Of a stretch of 64,000 bases of DNA, positions 49,775 through 59,903 are shown one piece after another. Under the pieces are notes generated by a model. The model was given only the letters and a program-made list of their open reading frames with translations, searched no databases and had not been told where the DNA came from. The DNA comes from Bacteroidota bacterium (lineage in GTDB: Bacteria > Bacteroidota > Bacteroidia > Flavobacteriales_F > PHOS-HE28): assembly GCA_029573495.1 (NCBI GenBank), contig JAKQEI010000087.1:59586-123585 (forward strand), given 5' to 3'. Within the stretch, counting starts at the first letter, position 1, and every line of letters begins with the position of its first letter. The position numbers were made by a program, and so were the translations under genes.

Positions 49775-50743
49775 TCAACCTACGTCCACGGTGGAGCGCC
49801 AGGAGATGATCTGGTCGGCGAGTTCATCACCCACTCGACCTTGTGCCTCCGCGGTGGCCGCACCGATATGCGGGGTGATGCTCAATGACGGTTCGCTCAG
49901 GAGGTCCTCACGCGGTTCGGGTTCACCCACGAACACATCGAGCGCGGCACCGCGCACGCGGCCGTCCTTGATCGCCTTCAGCAATGCATCCTCATCCACG
50001 CTGCCACCGCGGGCGGTGTTCACGATCACTACGCCCGGCTTCACCGCCGCCAGTTCTGCCGCGCCGAGCACCGGGCGACCGTCCTTCTGCGCGGGAACAT
50101 GCAGGCTGATGGCGTCCGCCGTGGCAAGCAGTTCGGGCATCGCCACCATCTTCACGGGCACACGCACCGTTTGTCCGCCGATCTCCAGCTCGATCGCTTC
50201 CGCGGTGGCGCTGTTATCGACATAGATGACGCGCATGCCGCAACCCAGGGCATAACGGGCGGTCCATTGCCCGATCCGGCCGAAGCCGATCACACCGAGC
50301 GTCTTGCCGCGTACTTCGGAGCCCTTCTCGTACTCCTTCTTCAACTGCTTGAAGCGCTTCCGACCTTCGACCGGCATGGTCCGATTGGCCTTGTGCAGGC
50401 TGCGCATGAGCCCGAAGAGGTGGGCCATCACCAGTTCGGCCACGCTGATGCTGGAGGAGGCCGGCGTGTTGATCACCGGGATGCCCTTGCTCTTGGCGTG
50501 GACCACATCGATGTTGTCCAGACCCACACCACCGCGCCCGATCAGCTTCAAGGAGGGGCAGGCGTCGATCAGTTCTCGCCGCACCTTGGTGGCACTGCGA
50601 ACGAGCAGCACTTCGATCCCTTCCTTGTTGATGTGTTCGATCAGCTGGTCCTGCGGAACGTGGTCAGTGGTCACCTGGAAGCCTTCCTCGAGCAGGCTGT
50701 TCTTGGCTTGGGCGGAGATCCCGTCGTTGGCGTGTACCCTCAT
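49775..50743 (-). CDS. serA: D-3-phosphoglycerate dehydrogenase (D-2-hydroxyacid dehydrogenase family)
   Basis: NAD-binding GxGxxG (GVIGFGRIG), catalytic R/E/H pattern. In-frame ATG at 50743; 110-aa extension of track ORF rejected. Confidence 0.85.
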   Translation of the reverse strand: MRVHANDGISAQAKNSLLEEGFQVTTDHVPQDQLIEHINKEGIEVLLVRSATKVRRELIDACPSLKLIGRGGVGLDNIDVVHAKSKGIPVINTPASSSISVAELVMAHLFGLMRSLHKANRTMPVEGRKRFKQLKKEYEKGSEVRGKTLGVIGFGRIGQWTARYALGCGMRVIYVDNSATAEAIELEIGGQTVRVPVKMVAMPELLATADAISLHVPAQKDGRPVLGAAELAAVKPGVVIVNTARGGSVDEDALLKAIKDGRVRGAALDVFVGEPEPREDLLSEPSLSITPHIGAATAEAQGRVGDELADQIISWRSTVDVG

Positions 50744-50745
50744 GT

Positions 50746-51834
50746 TCAACCGTTCTTCTTGGCGAATTCCTCCATCACGTCCACCAGCACCTGTACGCTC
50801 TCGATCGGCAGGGCGTTGTACATGCTGGCACGATAACCTCCTACGCTGCGATGGCCGCGGATCCCACTGATCCCGGCCGCCTTCCACAGGGCATCGAAGG
50901 CAGGTTCCAAGGTGGCATCGGTCATCACGAAGGTGGCGTTCATCACGCTCCGGTCCTCCGGTGCGGTGGTCCCTTTGAACACGGGAAGCCTGTCGATGGT
51001 GTCGTACAACAGCTTCGCCTTCGCCGCGTTGCGACGCTCCATCTCCTTCACACCACCCTGGTCCTTCATCCACTGCATGGTGAGCATGCTCACGTACACC
51101 GCGTAGACCGGTGGTGTGTTGTACATGCTCTCCTTCGCGGCATGGTTCGCCAGATCCATCATCGGGCTCAGCTTGCGACCGGTCTTTCCCAGTTGGGCGG
51201 GATCGAAGAGATAGACCGTGGCGCCCGCGGGTCCCATGTTCTTCTGGGCACCGCCGTAGATCAGGGCGAAGTCCGCCACGTTCACGGGGCGGCTGAAGAT
51301 ATCGCTGCTCATATCGCAGATCAGCGGAGCGGCGCTCCTGGGGAACTCCTTGAACTGCGTTCCGAAGATCGTGTTGTTACTGGTGAAGTGCAGGTAATCC
51401 ACATCGTTCGGGACCTCGAAGCCCTTCGGGATGTAGCTGAAGTTCCTGTCCTCGCTGCTGGCGACCACAACGGTCTCACCTGCGAGCTTCGCCTCCTTGA
51501 TCGCCCGCCCGGCCCATTCCCCGGTATGCACGTAGGCGGACTTTCCTCCGGGGCGGAGGTAGTTCTGCGGGATCATATGGAAGCCCATACTGGCACCACC
51601 ACCCAGGAAAACGACCTGGTAACCATCCGGCGCCCCGAGCAGTTCCTTCACGAGTTGCTGGGCCTTCACCATCACCCCTTCGAACGGCTTGCTGCGGTGG
51701 CTCATCTCGATGATCGAGAGACCGGAATCCTCGAATTCAACGATGGACTCGGCGGCCTTGCGAAGCACCTCCTGTGGAAGGATGCAGGGACCGGCGCTGA
51801 AGTTGTGGACGTTCACCTTGATCGCGGTGCTCAT
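50746..51834 (-). CDS. serC: 3-phosphoserine/phosphohydroxythreonine aminotransferase
   Basis: SerC pattern (NFSAGPCILP..., PLP Lys region GGAQKNMGPAG). Confidence 0.9.
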   Translation of the reverse strand: MSTAIKVNVHNFSAGPCILPQEVLRKAAESIVEFEDSGLSIIEMSHRSKPFEGVMVKAQQLVKELLGAPDGYQVVFLGGGASMGFHMIPQNYLRPGGKSAYVHTGEWAGRAIKEAKLAGETVVVASSEDRNFSYIPKGFEVPNDVDYLHFTSNNTIFGTQFKEFPRSAAPLICDMSSDIFSRPVNVADFALIYGGAQKNMGPAGATVYLFDPAQLGKTGRKLSPMMDLANHAAKESMYNTPPVYAVYVSMLTMQWMKDQGGVKEMERRNAAKAKLLYDTIDRLPVFKGTTAPEDRSVMNATFVMTDATLEPAFDALWKAAGISGIRGHRSVGGYRASMYNALPIESVQVLVDVMEEFAKKNG

Positions 51835-51905
51835 GTGCTTGAATGGTCTTTTGGTTCAGGCGCGTCAAAGGTAACCCCTGCGTGCGAGGTGGTCGCCGCC
51901 CTCGA

Positions 51906-52772
51906 TCACTCCGCATTGGGCCGGGCACGATGCGACCGCTTACCGGACTTGCCGGCGGGCGCGTTCGTTCCGGGATCGCGCAGGTCCAGCTCCGGGCCGA
52001 ACCACCATTCCCCCTTGTGCCAGAAATAACCGTCATGCGTCATATCGGGCCCATAGAACGCCCATTGGTCCTTCAGGTCAGGACGGATGGGGGAAAGGTG
52101 GTCCATGACGATGGCTTCGATGGAAGGGTCGTAGCGCAAGGTCATGGTCACATCGTGTGCATAACCGAACACCCGCCGCATGGGGCGCAACCGGCCCTTG
52201 CCGAACAACGGTGCGCCGAATCGGGGTTTGTCGTTCCTGAAGCTCAGGATCTCGATCACCTTGCGCGTTTCCGCACTGCTGTATCCCTTCCATCCGAGCA
52301 GGGTGTAGTAGGTGCGACCGCCTTTCTTCACCGGTACCACCTCGTAGTACAGGGCGCCGTACCAGCGCTCAGGTCCGAGTTCAGGCACTTCTGGAGATGG
52401 CAACTTGCCGGTCATATCGCGCAGCTCATACAAGACCTGGCCACTGGAAGTGCGCACCAGCAGGAATCCTTCGAAGTCATGGTGGCCATCGCTGCGCGGC
52501 AGGTTCCACGTGAACAGATCAAAAGCCCCGTCCGGCGCGGCCACATGGGTCATCGGCAGGTCGGTGTAGCTCGTGGTGAGGGCCTCCTTCCGGTCCAGCA
52601 GGAGACGCATATCGGCCTTGATGGCCAGGTTGATGCTGTCCTGCAGGAGGTCGCCAGACTCCGGCAGGCGCTTCAAAGCGGTTCCGATCCGGTTCATCAG
52701 GTCAGCCTGTGCGGTGACCTGCAGCACGGAACAGGCGAGCAGATGGAGGAGTAGGTGACGCTTGGATGACAT
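51906..52772 (-). CDS. Hypothetical secreted protein
   Basis: In-frame ATG at 52772 gives signal peptide MSSKRHLLLHLLACSVLQVTAQA. Trp/Tyr-rich C-terminal half. Confidence 0.5.
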   Translation of the reverse strand: MSSKRHLLLHLLACSVLQVTAQADLMNRIGTALKRLPESGDLLQDSINLAIKADMRLLLDRKEALTTSYTDLPMTHVAAPDGAFDLFTWNLPRSDGHHDFEGFLLVRTSSGQVLYELRDMTGKLPSPEVPELGPERWYGALYYEVVPVKKGGRTYYTLLGWKGYSSAETRKVIEILSFRNDKPRFGAPLFGKGRLRPMRRVFGYAHDVTMTLRYDPSIEAIVMDHLSPIRPDLKDQWAFYGPDMTHDGYFWHKGEWWFGPELDLRDPGTNAPAGKSGKRSHRARPNAE

Positions 52773-52820
52773 CCGTAAGGAGGAACGCAGGGACTCGTTC
52801 ATCATTACGCCAGGACCGTG

Positions 52821-53168
52821 CTACAAGTGCATGAACTCCTTCTTCGCCATCAACTCCTCCTTCGTTTCACGATGGTCGGGGTCGTCCACGCAGCAATCCA
52901 CGGGGCATACGGCGGCACATTGGGGCTCATCGTGGAAGCCGGTACATTCCGTGCACTTGTCCGGAACGATGTAATAGACATCCATGCTCTTTGGCGCATT
53001 GGCCGTCTCCGCCTCATAGGTATTGCCCATCGGGGTGGTCTGCGAGCCTTTCAACGTGGTCCCATCGGCCAGACGCCATTCGGCACCACCCTCATAGATG
53101 GCGTTGTTGGGGCATTCGGGTTCACACGCACCACAATTGATGCATTCGTCGGTGATCATGATCGCCAT
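52821..53168 (-). CDS. 4Fe-4S dicluster ferredoxin
   Basis: Two cluster motifs CINCGACEPECP and CTECTGFHDEPQCAAVCP. In-frame ATG at 53168. Confidence 0.8.
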   Translation of the reverse strand: MAIMITDECINCGACEPECPNNAIYEGGAEWRLADGTTLKGSQTTPMGNTYEAETANAPKSMDVYYIVPDKCTECTGFHDEPQCAAVCPVDCCVDDPDHRETKEELMAKKEFMHL

Positions 53169-53245
53169 GGCGGTGCGGTCTACTTTTGTGCCCGCGGGCC
53201 TTAGACGCCCACGAACGGCCGCAAAGATAGCGGCCACGGTTACGA

Positions 53246-54322
53246 ATGAAGGATACGACCCTCTCACCTGCAGTGGCCGAGCGCCTCGCAGCACTGGCAC
53301 AATTGGGTCGGGTGATGATCCTGGTCGGGCAGGGTTCCACCTGGCCCGGACATGCATGCGGGCTGGCAGAGGAGGAGTACGAACAGCTGGATGCCACCGT
53401 GCGGCGTGCCCATCTGTTGAATGGCTGGTTCACCGAGGAGAACGTGCGTCATGCGTTCACGTGCTGGGGCGAGTCCCTGAACACGGAGGCCCTGGCGCAA
53501 TGGGCCAGTGCCTATCCGGAGCTCATGCGCGCACGTGATCCACGAACGGTGGGCTTGATCCTCGCCGGGAACATCCCGGTGGTGGGCCTGCACGACCTGC
53601 TGTGTGTGTGGATGTGCGGGCATCGTGCACGCGTGAAATGTTCTTCCCAGGACCCGGCGTTGCTGCCGGCCTTGTTCGACGTGCTGGATCGGTTCAGCCC
53701 GGGTGCTACCGATCGGATCGTGTTCCAGACCGGCAAGCTCGGGGCGGTGGATGCCGTCATCGCGACCGGAAGCGACAACACCGCGCGCTATTTCGAACAC
53801 TACTTCGGTCACCTGCCGCGTATCGTGCGGAAGAGCCGGATGAGCGTGGCCGTGCTGGACGGAACGGAGACACCGGAGGAGCTGGCCGCGTTGGGAGAGG
53901 ACATCTTCCGCTACTTCGGCCTGGGGTGCCGCAACGTGTCGCGCCTCCACCTACCAATGGACTTCGATCTCGATCGTTTCTTCACAGCGATCTATCCCTG
54001 GAACGCGATCGTGCACCACAACAAGTACGGTAACAACTACGACTACACGCGGGCGTTATGGCTCCTGGACGGGGTCACCTTCCTCGAGAACGGCTTCGTT
54101 CTCATGCGCGAGGACCCGGCGTTGGCCAGTCCGGTCGCGGCTGTGCACTATGCCCGGTACGACGCCCCATCACAGGTGGCCATGTCGCTGACCGCGGAAG
54201 CGGACCGTATCCAGTGCATTGTCGGCCATGGTCATCTACCCTTCGGCACCGCCCAGCGACCGGGTCTTGCGGACTATGCCGACGGCGTGGACACGCTGCG
54301 CTTCCTGCTGGACCTGCCGTAG
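53246..54322 (+). CDS. LuxC-family acyl-CoA reductase
   Basis: LuxC-like pattern (LAGNIPVVGLHDLLCVWMCGH, conserved Cys region FGLGCRNVS). Confidence 0.75.
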   Translation: MKDTTLSPAVAERLAALAQLGRVMILVGQGSTWPGHACGLAEEEYEQLDATVRRAHLLNGWFTEENVRHAFTCWGESLNTEALAQWASAYPELMRARDPRTVGLILAGNIPVVGLHDLLCVWMCGHRARVKCSSQDPALLPALFDVLDRFSPGATDRIVFQTGKLGAVDAVIATGSDNTARYFEHYFGHLPRIVRKSRMSVAVLDGTETPEELAALGEDIFRYFGLGCRNVSRLHLPMDFDLDRFFTAIYPWNAIVHHNKYGNNYDYTRALWLLDGVTFLENGFVLMREDPALASPVAAVHYARYDAPSQVAMSLTAEADRIQCIVGHGHLPFGTAQRPGLADYADGVDTLRFLLDLP

Positions 54323-54352
54323 AGCTTGTTCGAAGCGATAATGGACGGGCTC

Positions 54353-55921
54353 CTAGGGCGCGTACTCGTAACAGCCCAGGTCGTACTGTCCGTCGGCGCC
54401 ACGGTCCACCTCGTTCAGATCAAAGGCGGACTCGAAGAAGAAGGTGGCCGGTGTGGCCCTTCCTCGCGCAAAGGCGCTGGCTGTCAGTCGGAAGTCACGC
54501 GCCACCACGTCCACGAAGCCGGGGCTCTGGTTGCGGAAGATGGAGGCCGCATCGAAGTACGGTGAGCCACTGGTGCCCTGAGTCGTGCGCACGAGCGTGT
54601 AGGCGAAGCTCAGATCAGCTGGCGGCTGCAGGTTGTTGAACTCGAATTGGAATTCGTTCTCGTTCGCCCCGTAAACGATGCCGTTCTGGAACTCCCCGCG
54701 CACCTCGCGGACCTGAAGGGCGTTGTTGATGTCCGCGTACACGTTGTTGATGTAGAAGCCCGGTGTCTGACGGATCTCGTAGTTCCAGTAGTTGGCAACG
54801 GTGAAGTGCTCCATCCGGTAATCCCCACCACCGGTGAGGGCCACGCCGTACTGACCGCAATCGCCCACAAGCAGGTTCGTGGCGTCGATGGAGTAATTGC
54901 GGCTGAGGATGCCCGCAGCACTGCAGTTCCGGATGCGGACGTTCTGCAGGACCAACCTTTCCTCACTGGTGGCGGCGTCCGGTATCCACGGCAAGTTCTC
55001 GCATTGAATGCCTACGAGCGCGTTCTTGATGAGCACATGGCGGAACTCGTTCGACAGGTCCGCGGAACCCTCGTTCAACCATATCCTGTCCCATTGGCCG
55101 GGCACCTCCGCGTAGAAGGGCTCCAGCCGGTCGCCTTGGAAGATGATCGGGTCGCCAGGCGCCCCGTTGGCCTTGATCTGACCGTAATGGTAGACCCATA
55201 AGCCCCCTCCGTTATGGAAGTATACTTCCACGCCCGGCTCGATGATGAGGGTGCAGCACGAATCCACCACTCCGTAACCGTACACCACGTATGGCAGATC
55301 GTCCGTCCAGGTCACGGTTTCGCAGATCTGATTGCCATTCTCATCGTAACCACCGGCGATGTAGTTGAATGGTGGAAGCCCTTCGATCGCAAGGGACGGG
55401 TCCGGCTGTATGAAATGGGCATCTCGTCCCCAGGCCACCAACAGCACTTCCTGCGCGGTCCCGTTGGTGTTGAACCGGATATGGTCCTCGATCACGAAGG
55501 GATTGCTCTGGTTCTGGTGGTCCAGGGTGGCTTCCACGAAGATGAAGATGCTGTCGTCCCCAAGGATCTCGACCCCCTCGAAGCTGGTGCCGGAGGCGCC
55601 ATCCACGTTGATGCGGAAGGGGGAGGGGCTGCCTCCGACCAGAGCGATGTCCACACGTATGGCGTTGGGGTGTGGGTTGCGGGCAACGAAGCGTTTGGTC
55701 ACGGACCCGACGGTGGTGAAAATGGTATCGAACAGCACGGTATCCCGGCTGAAGTCGAGTTCGATACCCCCATCCTCGGTGAACTTGGCGTCCTTGCGGC
55801 AGCCAGGGAGCACGAGGAATAGGACCAGGAAGGGGATGAGTAGGGGGGCGAAGGACCGCAAAGCGCGTAAAGATGGCGGATCGGGTAGTACTACGGAATG
55901 GGATTGCCGATCATTGCCCAT
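54353..55921 (-). CDS. Right-handed parallel beta-helix repeat lipoprotein
   Basis: Lipobox LPGC, repetitive G-x-x-hydrophobic turns and N/G-rich rungs ([24 protein letters not shown]). Confidence 0.6.
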   Translation of the reverse strand: MGNDRQSHSVVLPDPPSLRALRSFAPLLIPFLVLFLVLPGCRKDAKFTEDGGIELDFSRDTVLFDTIFTTVGSVTKRFVARNPHPNAIRVDIALVGGSPSPFRINVDGASGTSFEGVEILGDDSIFIFVEATLDHQNQSNPFVIEDHIRFNTNGTAQEVLLVAWGRDAHFIQPDPSLAIEGLPPFNYIAGGYDENGNQICETVTWTDDLPYVVYGYGVVDSCCTLIIEPGVEVYFHNGGGLWVYHYGQIKANGAPGDPIIFQGDRLEPFYAEVPGQWDRIWLNEGSADLSNEFRHVLIKNALVGIQCENLPWIPDAATSEERLVLQNVRIRNCSAAGILSRNYSIDATNLLVGDCGQYGVALTGGGDYRMEHFTVANYWNYEIRQTPGFYINNVYADINNALQVREVRGEFQNGIVYGANENEFQFEFNNLQPPADLSFAYTLVRTTQGTSGSPYFDAASIFRNQSPGFVDVVARDFRLTASAFARGRATPATFFFESAFDLNEVDRGADGQYDLGCYEYAP

Positions 55922-56010
55922 TCACGATCGTCTGGGGACGACAATTACCGAAGTGCCTCAATAACCGGAAAGGTTCCCTATATTTGCGGCCCGAAAAACG
56001 ACGAACCGTC

Positions 56011-56268
56011 ATGAAGCCCGAGATCCATCCCTCGAACTACCGCCTGGTGATCTTCAAGGACATGTCCAATGAGTACATGTTCATGGGAAAGAGCTGCGCC
56101 AACACCAAGGACACGATCAAGTGGGAGGATGGCAATGAATACCCGCTGGTGAAGCTGGACATCAGCCACACCTCGCACCCTTTCTACACCGGTAAGATGA
56201 TGCTGGTGGACACCGCTGGTCGCGTGGACAAGTTCAACAAGCGCTTCGCTCGTCACGCGAAGAAGTAA
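56011..56268 (+). CDS. rpmE2: 50S ribosomal protein L31 type B (zinc-independent paralog form)
   Basis: MKPEIHP... L31 sequence lacking the CxxC pairs. ATG at 56011. Confidence 0.85.
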   Translation: MKPEIHPSNYRLVIFKDMSNEYMFMGKSCANTKDTIKWEDGNEYPLVKLDISHTSHPFYTGKMMLVDTAGRVDKFNKRFARHAKK

Positions 56269-56288
56269 TCGCCTTCAACCTTGTAAGA

Positions 56289-56314
56289 GCCCTGGGGAAC
56301 ACCCGGGGCTTTTT
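56289..56314 (+). terminator. Rho-independent terminator after rpmE2
   Basis: GCCCTGGGG-loop-CCCGGGGC hairpin (one G.U wobble) followed by TTTTT, 20 nt after stop. Confidence 0.6.
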
Positions 56315-56499
56315 CATTCCGGCTTCACCTCCTCAGTTCGACAATGCTCGACATGAATCGGGTATATATGCCTGATCATAAACGGATTGGTTGATTCATG
56401 TTGGATAAAAGTATGATCCGCTTGAACCACTAACAGGGCTCTTCCAAGAGCTCTTTGGGACCGGGCCTGGGTCCGCGATGCATCAACCAAGGGGCGTGT

Positions 56500-57105
56500 T
56501 CAGACCCGATGTTTATCCTCCTTACCAACGCCTTCCCGGATCATTTCCAGAGCCTGAGCGATCCGTCGTTTCCGTGTCTCGTCCTGCTTGGCATCGTCGA
56601 TCCACTCCACGTACTCCTTCTTATGGGTGTAATTGAACTTCTCCCAATGCTCCCAGGCTTCCCCGTCCTTCCTCAGGCAGCTCTCCAATTCTGGCGGGAC
56701 CACCAAGGCTTTCCGGGCAGGTTTGGCATCCCCGAGCTTGGTACCGGCCTGGTTCAGCTTCACCGCCTGCTTCACAAGGTCGACGAAGGCCTTCTCGTTG
56801 ATCGCCTCGCCCTCGGATAGTTTGAACTTCCGGATGCCGCGTTCCTCATCCTTCTCGGTCAACTTGAAGAGCCCATGGGTGTCCTTGAGCAAGGCACCTT
56901 TGTGGAACCATACGCTCACACAGGTCTTGAAAGCGTGCAGGCTGAGCATGATGCCGTCGTGGTCGAAACTGGGTGCGTTCCAGCGCCAGGTCTCGTCGAT
57001 CTCCTGGTCCGTGGCATGGATCAATTGGCGCAGACGTACCAACAAGCGGCGTTGCCATTCCGGCTGCTCTGCGATGTAGGAATTGATCTGTTCCTGTGGA
57101 TGCAT
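56500..57105 (-). CDS. YdeI/OmpD-associated family protein (DUF1801 + YdeI domains)
   Basis: N-terminal DUF1801-like region (WQRRLLVRLRQLIHAT...) and C-terminal YdeI-like (KKEYVEWIDDAKQDETRKRRIAQALEMI). Confidence 0.65.
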   Translation of the reverse strand: MHPQEQINSYIAEQPEWQRRLLVRLRQLIHATDQEIDETWRWNAPSFDHDGIMLSLHAFKTCVSVWFHKGALLKDTHGLFKLTEKDEERGIRKFKLSEGEAINEKAFVDLVKQAVKLNQAGTKLGDAKPARKALVVPPELESCLRKDGEAWEHWEKFNYTHKKEYVEWIDDAKQDETRKRRIAQALEMIREGVGKEDKHRV

Positions 57106-57179
57106 GTTCGGGGGAGTTGGTTCCGGGGACCAAGCTAATACCAGGCGAGGTCCACGTTACGCCAAGGTGAACCCGGTTC

Positions 57180-58385
57180 TCAACAGGCTTCCAGCACAAC
57201 GGCATAGCCCTGACCCACCCCTATGCACATGGTACACAGGGCATAACGCTTGTTCCGCGCCTTCAATTCCAAGGCCGCGGTCTGTAGCAGGCGGGCACCG
57301 CTCATGCCCAAGGGGTGGCCAAGAGCGATGGCCCCTCCGTTCGGGTTGATCCGCGGGTCGTCATCAGCGATGCCGAGGCTTCGCGTACAACTAAGCACCT
57401 GCGCCGCGAAAGCCTCGTTCAGTTCAAGGATGTCGATCCGATCCAGGTCAAGCCCGGCGCGCTTCAGTGCCAGCTTGCTCGCGTTCACCGGTCCGATGCC
57501 CATGATCCGGGGTTCCACGCCCACCACCGCGCTGCTCACGATCCGTGCGAGCGGCTTCAACCCGTGCTGCTTCAATCCCATGTCGCTTGCAACGAGCACG
57601 GCTGCTGCACCGTCGTTCAATCCACTGGCGTTGCCTGCCGTCACCGAACCACCCTTGCGGAAGGCAGGCCTCAATACGCCCAACCCTTCCATGGTGCTGT
57701 TCGGTTTGATGAACTCGTCCTGGCTGAAGAGCACCGGATCGCCTTTGCGCTGCGGGATGGGTACCGGGCTGATCTCCTGGGCCAGGCGGCCGCTGACTTG
57801 AGCGGCAGCGGCCTTCAATTGGCTCCAAACGGCGAACCGGTCCTGGTCCTCTCGGCTGATGGGGTTGGCGTCGAGCAGGTTCTCGGCCGTCTCACCCATC
57901 GCGTCCACACCGAACCGTTCCTTCATCAGGGGGTTCACGAAGCGCCAGCCGAAGCTGCTGTCAAAGAGCTGGGCATCACGTCCGTAGGGCGTGCTCGTCT
58001 TGCTCATCACCCATGGTCCGCGGGTCATGTGCTCAACCCCACCGGCGATGAAAAGGTCACCGGACTCAGCGGCGATGGCCCGGCCGGCTTGGACCACGGC
58101 GCTCATGCCGGATGCGCAAAGGCGGTTCACGGTCTCGCCGGGAACGGTGACCGGCATGCCCGCCAGCAGCAGCGCCATGCGGGCCACGTTCCGGTTGTCC
58201 TCACCGGCCTGGTTGGCACAACCCATGATCACATCATCAATAGCGGCCGGGTCAAGTCCGGAATGCCGCTCGAGCAGGCCTTTGATCACATGGGCTGCCA
58301 GATCGTCTGCGCGTACGGGGGCCAGGCTCCCGGTGAAACTACCGATGGGTGTACGGATGGCGTCGACGAGGTAGGCTGCCTTCAT
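57180..58385 (-). CDS. Acetyl-CoA C-acyltransferase (thiolase)
   Basis: Active-site Cys (LCASGMSAV), NEAFA, GHPLGMSGARL thiolase signatures. In-frame ATG MKAAYLV at 58385. Confidence 0.9.
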   Translation of the reverse strand: MKAAYLVDAIRTPIGSFTGSLAPVRADDLAAHVIKGLLERHSGLDPAAIDDVIMGCANQAGEDNRNVARMALLLAGMPVTVPGETVNRLCASGMSAVVQAGRAIAAESGDLFIAGGVEHMTRGPWVMSKTSTPYGRDAQLFDSSFGWRFVNPLMKERFGVDAMGETAENLLDANPISREDQDRFAVWSQLKAAAAQVSGRLAQEISPVPIPQRKGDPVLFSQDEFIKPNSTMEGLGVLRPAFRKGGSVTAGNASGLNDGAAAVLVASDMGLKQHGLKPLARIVSSAVVGVEPRIMGIGPVNASKLALKRAGLDLDRIDILELNEAFAAQVLSCTRSLGIADDDPRINPNGGAIALGHPLGMSGARLLQTAALELKARNKRYALCTMCIGVGQGYAVVLEAC

Positions 58386-58497
58386 GTGGCGAAAGTACCA
58401 CGACCCGTTCAACGGTATCTCCTTGGTGGGCTTGGTGGGTAAAGGCCGACCCTGTATTTTGCAGGGCAACGCCCGCAGGGCGCCAAACCATCATCAC

Positions 58498-59895
58498 ATG
58501 CTCACCATCATCGGTATCCTGCTCATCCTTCTCGGCATCGCCGCGATCGCCCTGCGCAAACGCGAGCTGGACCGCAACGCCGACACATCTGAAGCCATCC
58601 GCACCTCGCGCCCCGCACCGAAGCCGTTCCATAACCCACTCACCTTCAAACCCACCTGGCCCATCGTTGCAGGCGTGCTGGTGATCATGCTGAACGGTTT
58701 CTTCTTCTGGGCTGAAGCGGGTACCGCCTACGCGGTGCAATATCCCTGGGGTGGGGACAAGATGGTGAAGACACAGGGCCTTAAGACGAAGTACTGGGGC
58801 CGGACCATCGCACTGTCCTACGAGATCTCCATCAAGGACATCATTCCGGACAGGAACGGAGAAGGGAAGGAGATACCGAAGAACGACCTCGGCACCTACA
58901 ATCGAACGGCCAGCCAGTGGGAGTTCGCCGATGCCATCAAGGCGGACATCGCCACCGCGGTCGTGGTGGGTGTCAGCATCGACGATGAGGACCAGTTCCT
59001 GCGCATGGCGGACCGCAACCGTTCCGAACAGAAGTTGATCTCCGGTCGCGTAATGCCCAACATCGATGCGGCGCTGAAGAACACCTGCAAGCTGATGGAC
59101 GCGCAGGACTACATCTCCGGCCAGGCCTCCGAGTTCGACCGTTACTTCCGGGACCAGCTGGAGAACGGCACCTACCTGGTGGAAGAGTATTACCAGGAGC
59201 AGGATGAACCCGAGGTCATCGGTGACACGATGATCGTACGGGCCATCCAGCCGCGCAACGCCACCAAGCAGAAGCGGTACCGGATCAAGCGTGACGGCCA
59301 GGGCAACATCCTGCGCGACAACAAGAGCAATACGTTATCCCAGTACGGCGTCCGGATCTACCAGGCACAGGTGACGGGCATCGACTGGGAGAGCTCGTTC
59401 GATGAGCGCCTGCAACTGCAGAAGGAACAGGTGGCACAGACACAGCTGGAGAAGCAGGAGGCCGAGAAGGAATTCTACCGCGCCAAGAAGGAGGTGGCCA
59501 AGGGGGAATCGGACAAGGCCGCCGAGCGCGCCCGGTTGGAGAAGGAGCAGATCCAGCAGACCATCGAGGCCGAGACCCGCGCCAAGGTGGCCGAACAGGA
59601 CCTGATCGCGGAGAAGAAGCGCTACGAGGTGGAACAATTCAAGGCCAAGAGCAAGATGGTGGAGGCGGACGCCACCTACTACGAGAACAGCAAGCGCGTG
59701 GCCGCTGGTCTTACGCCGCAGGAACGCGCCCAACTCGAGAAGGAGATCGCCATCGGGGTCGCCGAACAGCTCAAGCAGCTCACCCTGCCCTCCACCGTGA
59801 TCACGACCGGAGGCGGTGGTGGGAAGGACCAGGCGAGCCTGTTGGAGAGTTTGATCGGGGCCGAGCTCGCGCGCAAGATGATGGCCGGGAACTGA
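58498..59895 (+). CDS. SPFH/band-7 (flotillin-like) domain protein with C-terminal coiled coil
   Basis: N-terminal TM helix (IIGILLILLGIAAIAL), SPFH core, long EA-rich coiled coil (LEKQEAEKEFYRAKKEVAKGESDKAAERARLEKEQ). ATG at 58498. Confidence 0.75.
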   Translation: MLTIIGILLILLGIAAIALRKRELDRNADTSEAIRTSRPAPKPFHNPLTFKPTWPIVAGVLVIMLNGFFFWAEAGTAYAVQYPWGGDKMVKTQGLKTKYWGRTIALSYEISIKDIIPDRNGEGKEIPKNDLGTYNRTASQWEFADAIKADIATAVVVGVSIDDEDQFLRMADRNRSEQKLISGRVMPNIDAALKNTCKLMDAQDYISGQASEFDRYFRDQLENGTYLVEEYYQEQDEPEVIGDTMIVRAIQPRNATKQKRYRIKRDGQGNILRDNKSNTLSQYGVRIYQAQVTGIDWESSFDERLQLQKEQVAQTQLEKQEAEKEFYRAKKEVAKGESDKAAERARLEKEQIQQTIEAETRAKVAEQDLIAEKKRYEVEQFKAKSKMVEADATYYENSKRVAAGLTPQERAQLEKEIAIGVAEQLKQLTLPSTVITTGGGGGKDQASLLESLIGAELARKMMAGN

Positions 59896-59903
59896 GCGGG
59901 CTT

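Noticed and set aside
50099-52029. ORFs 50099..50836 +, 50304..50870 +, 50851..52029 +
   Set aside because: Antisense to serA/serC, which have strong family signatures.
57315-58442. 375-aa + ORF opposite the thiolase
   Set aside because: Antisense artefact; the thiolase motifs are on the minus strand.
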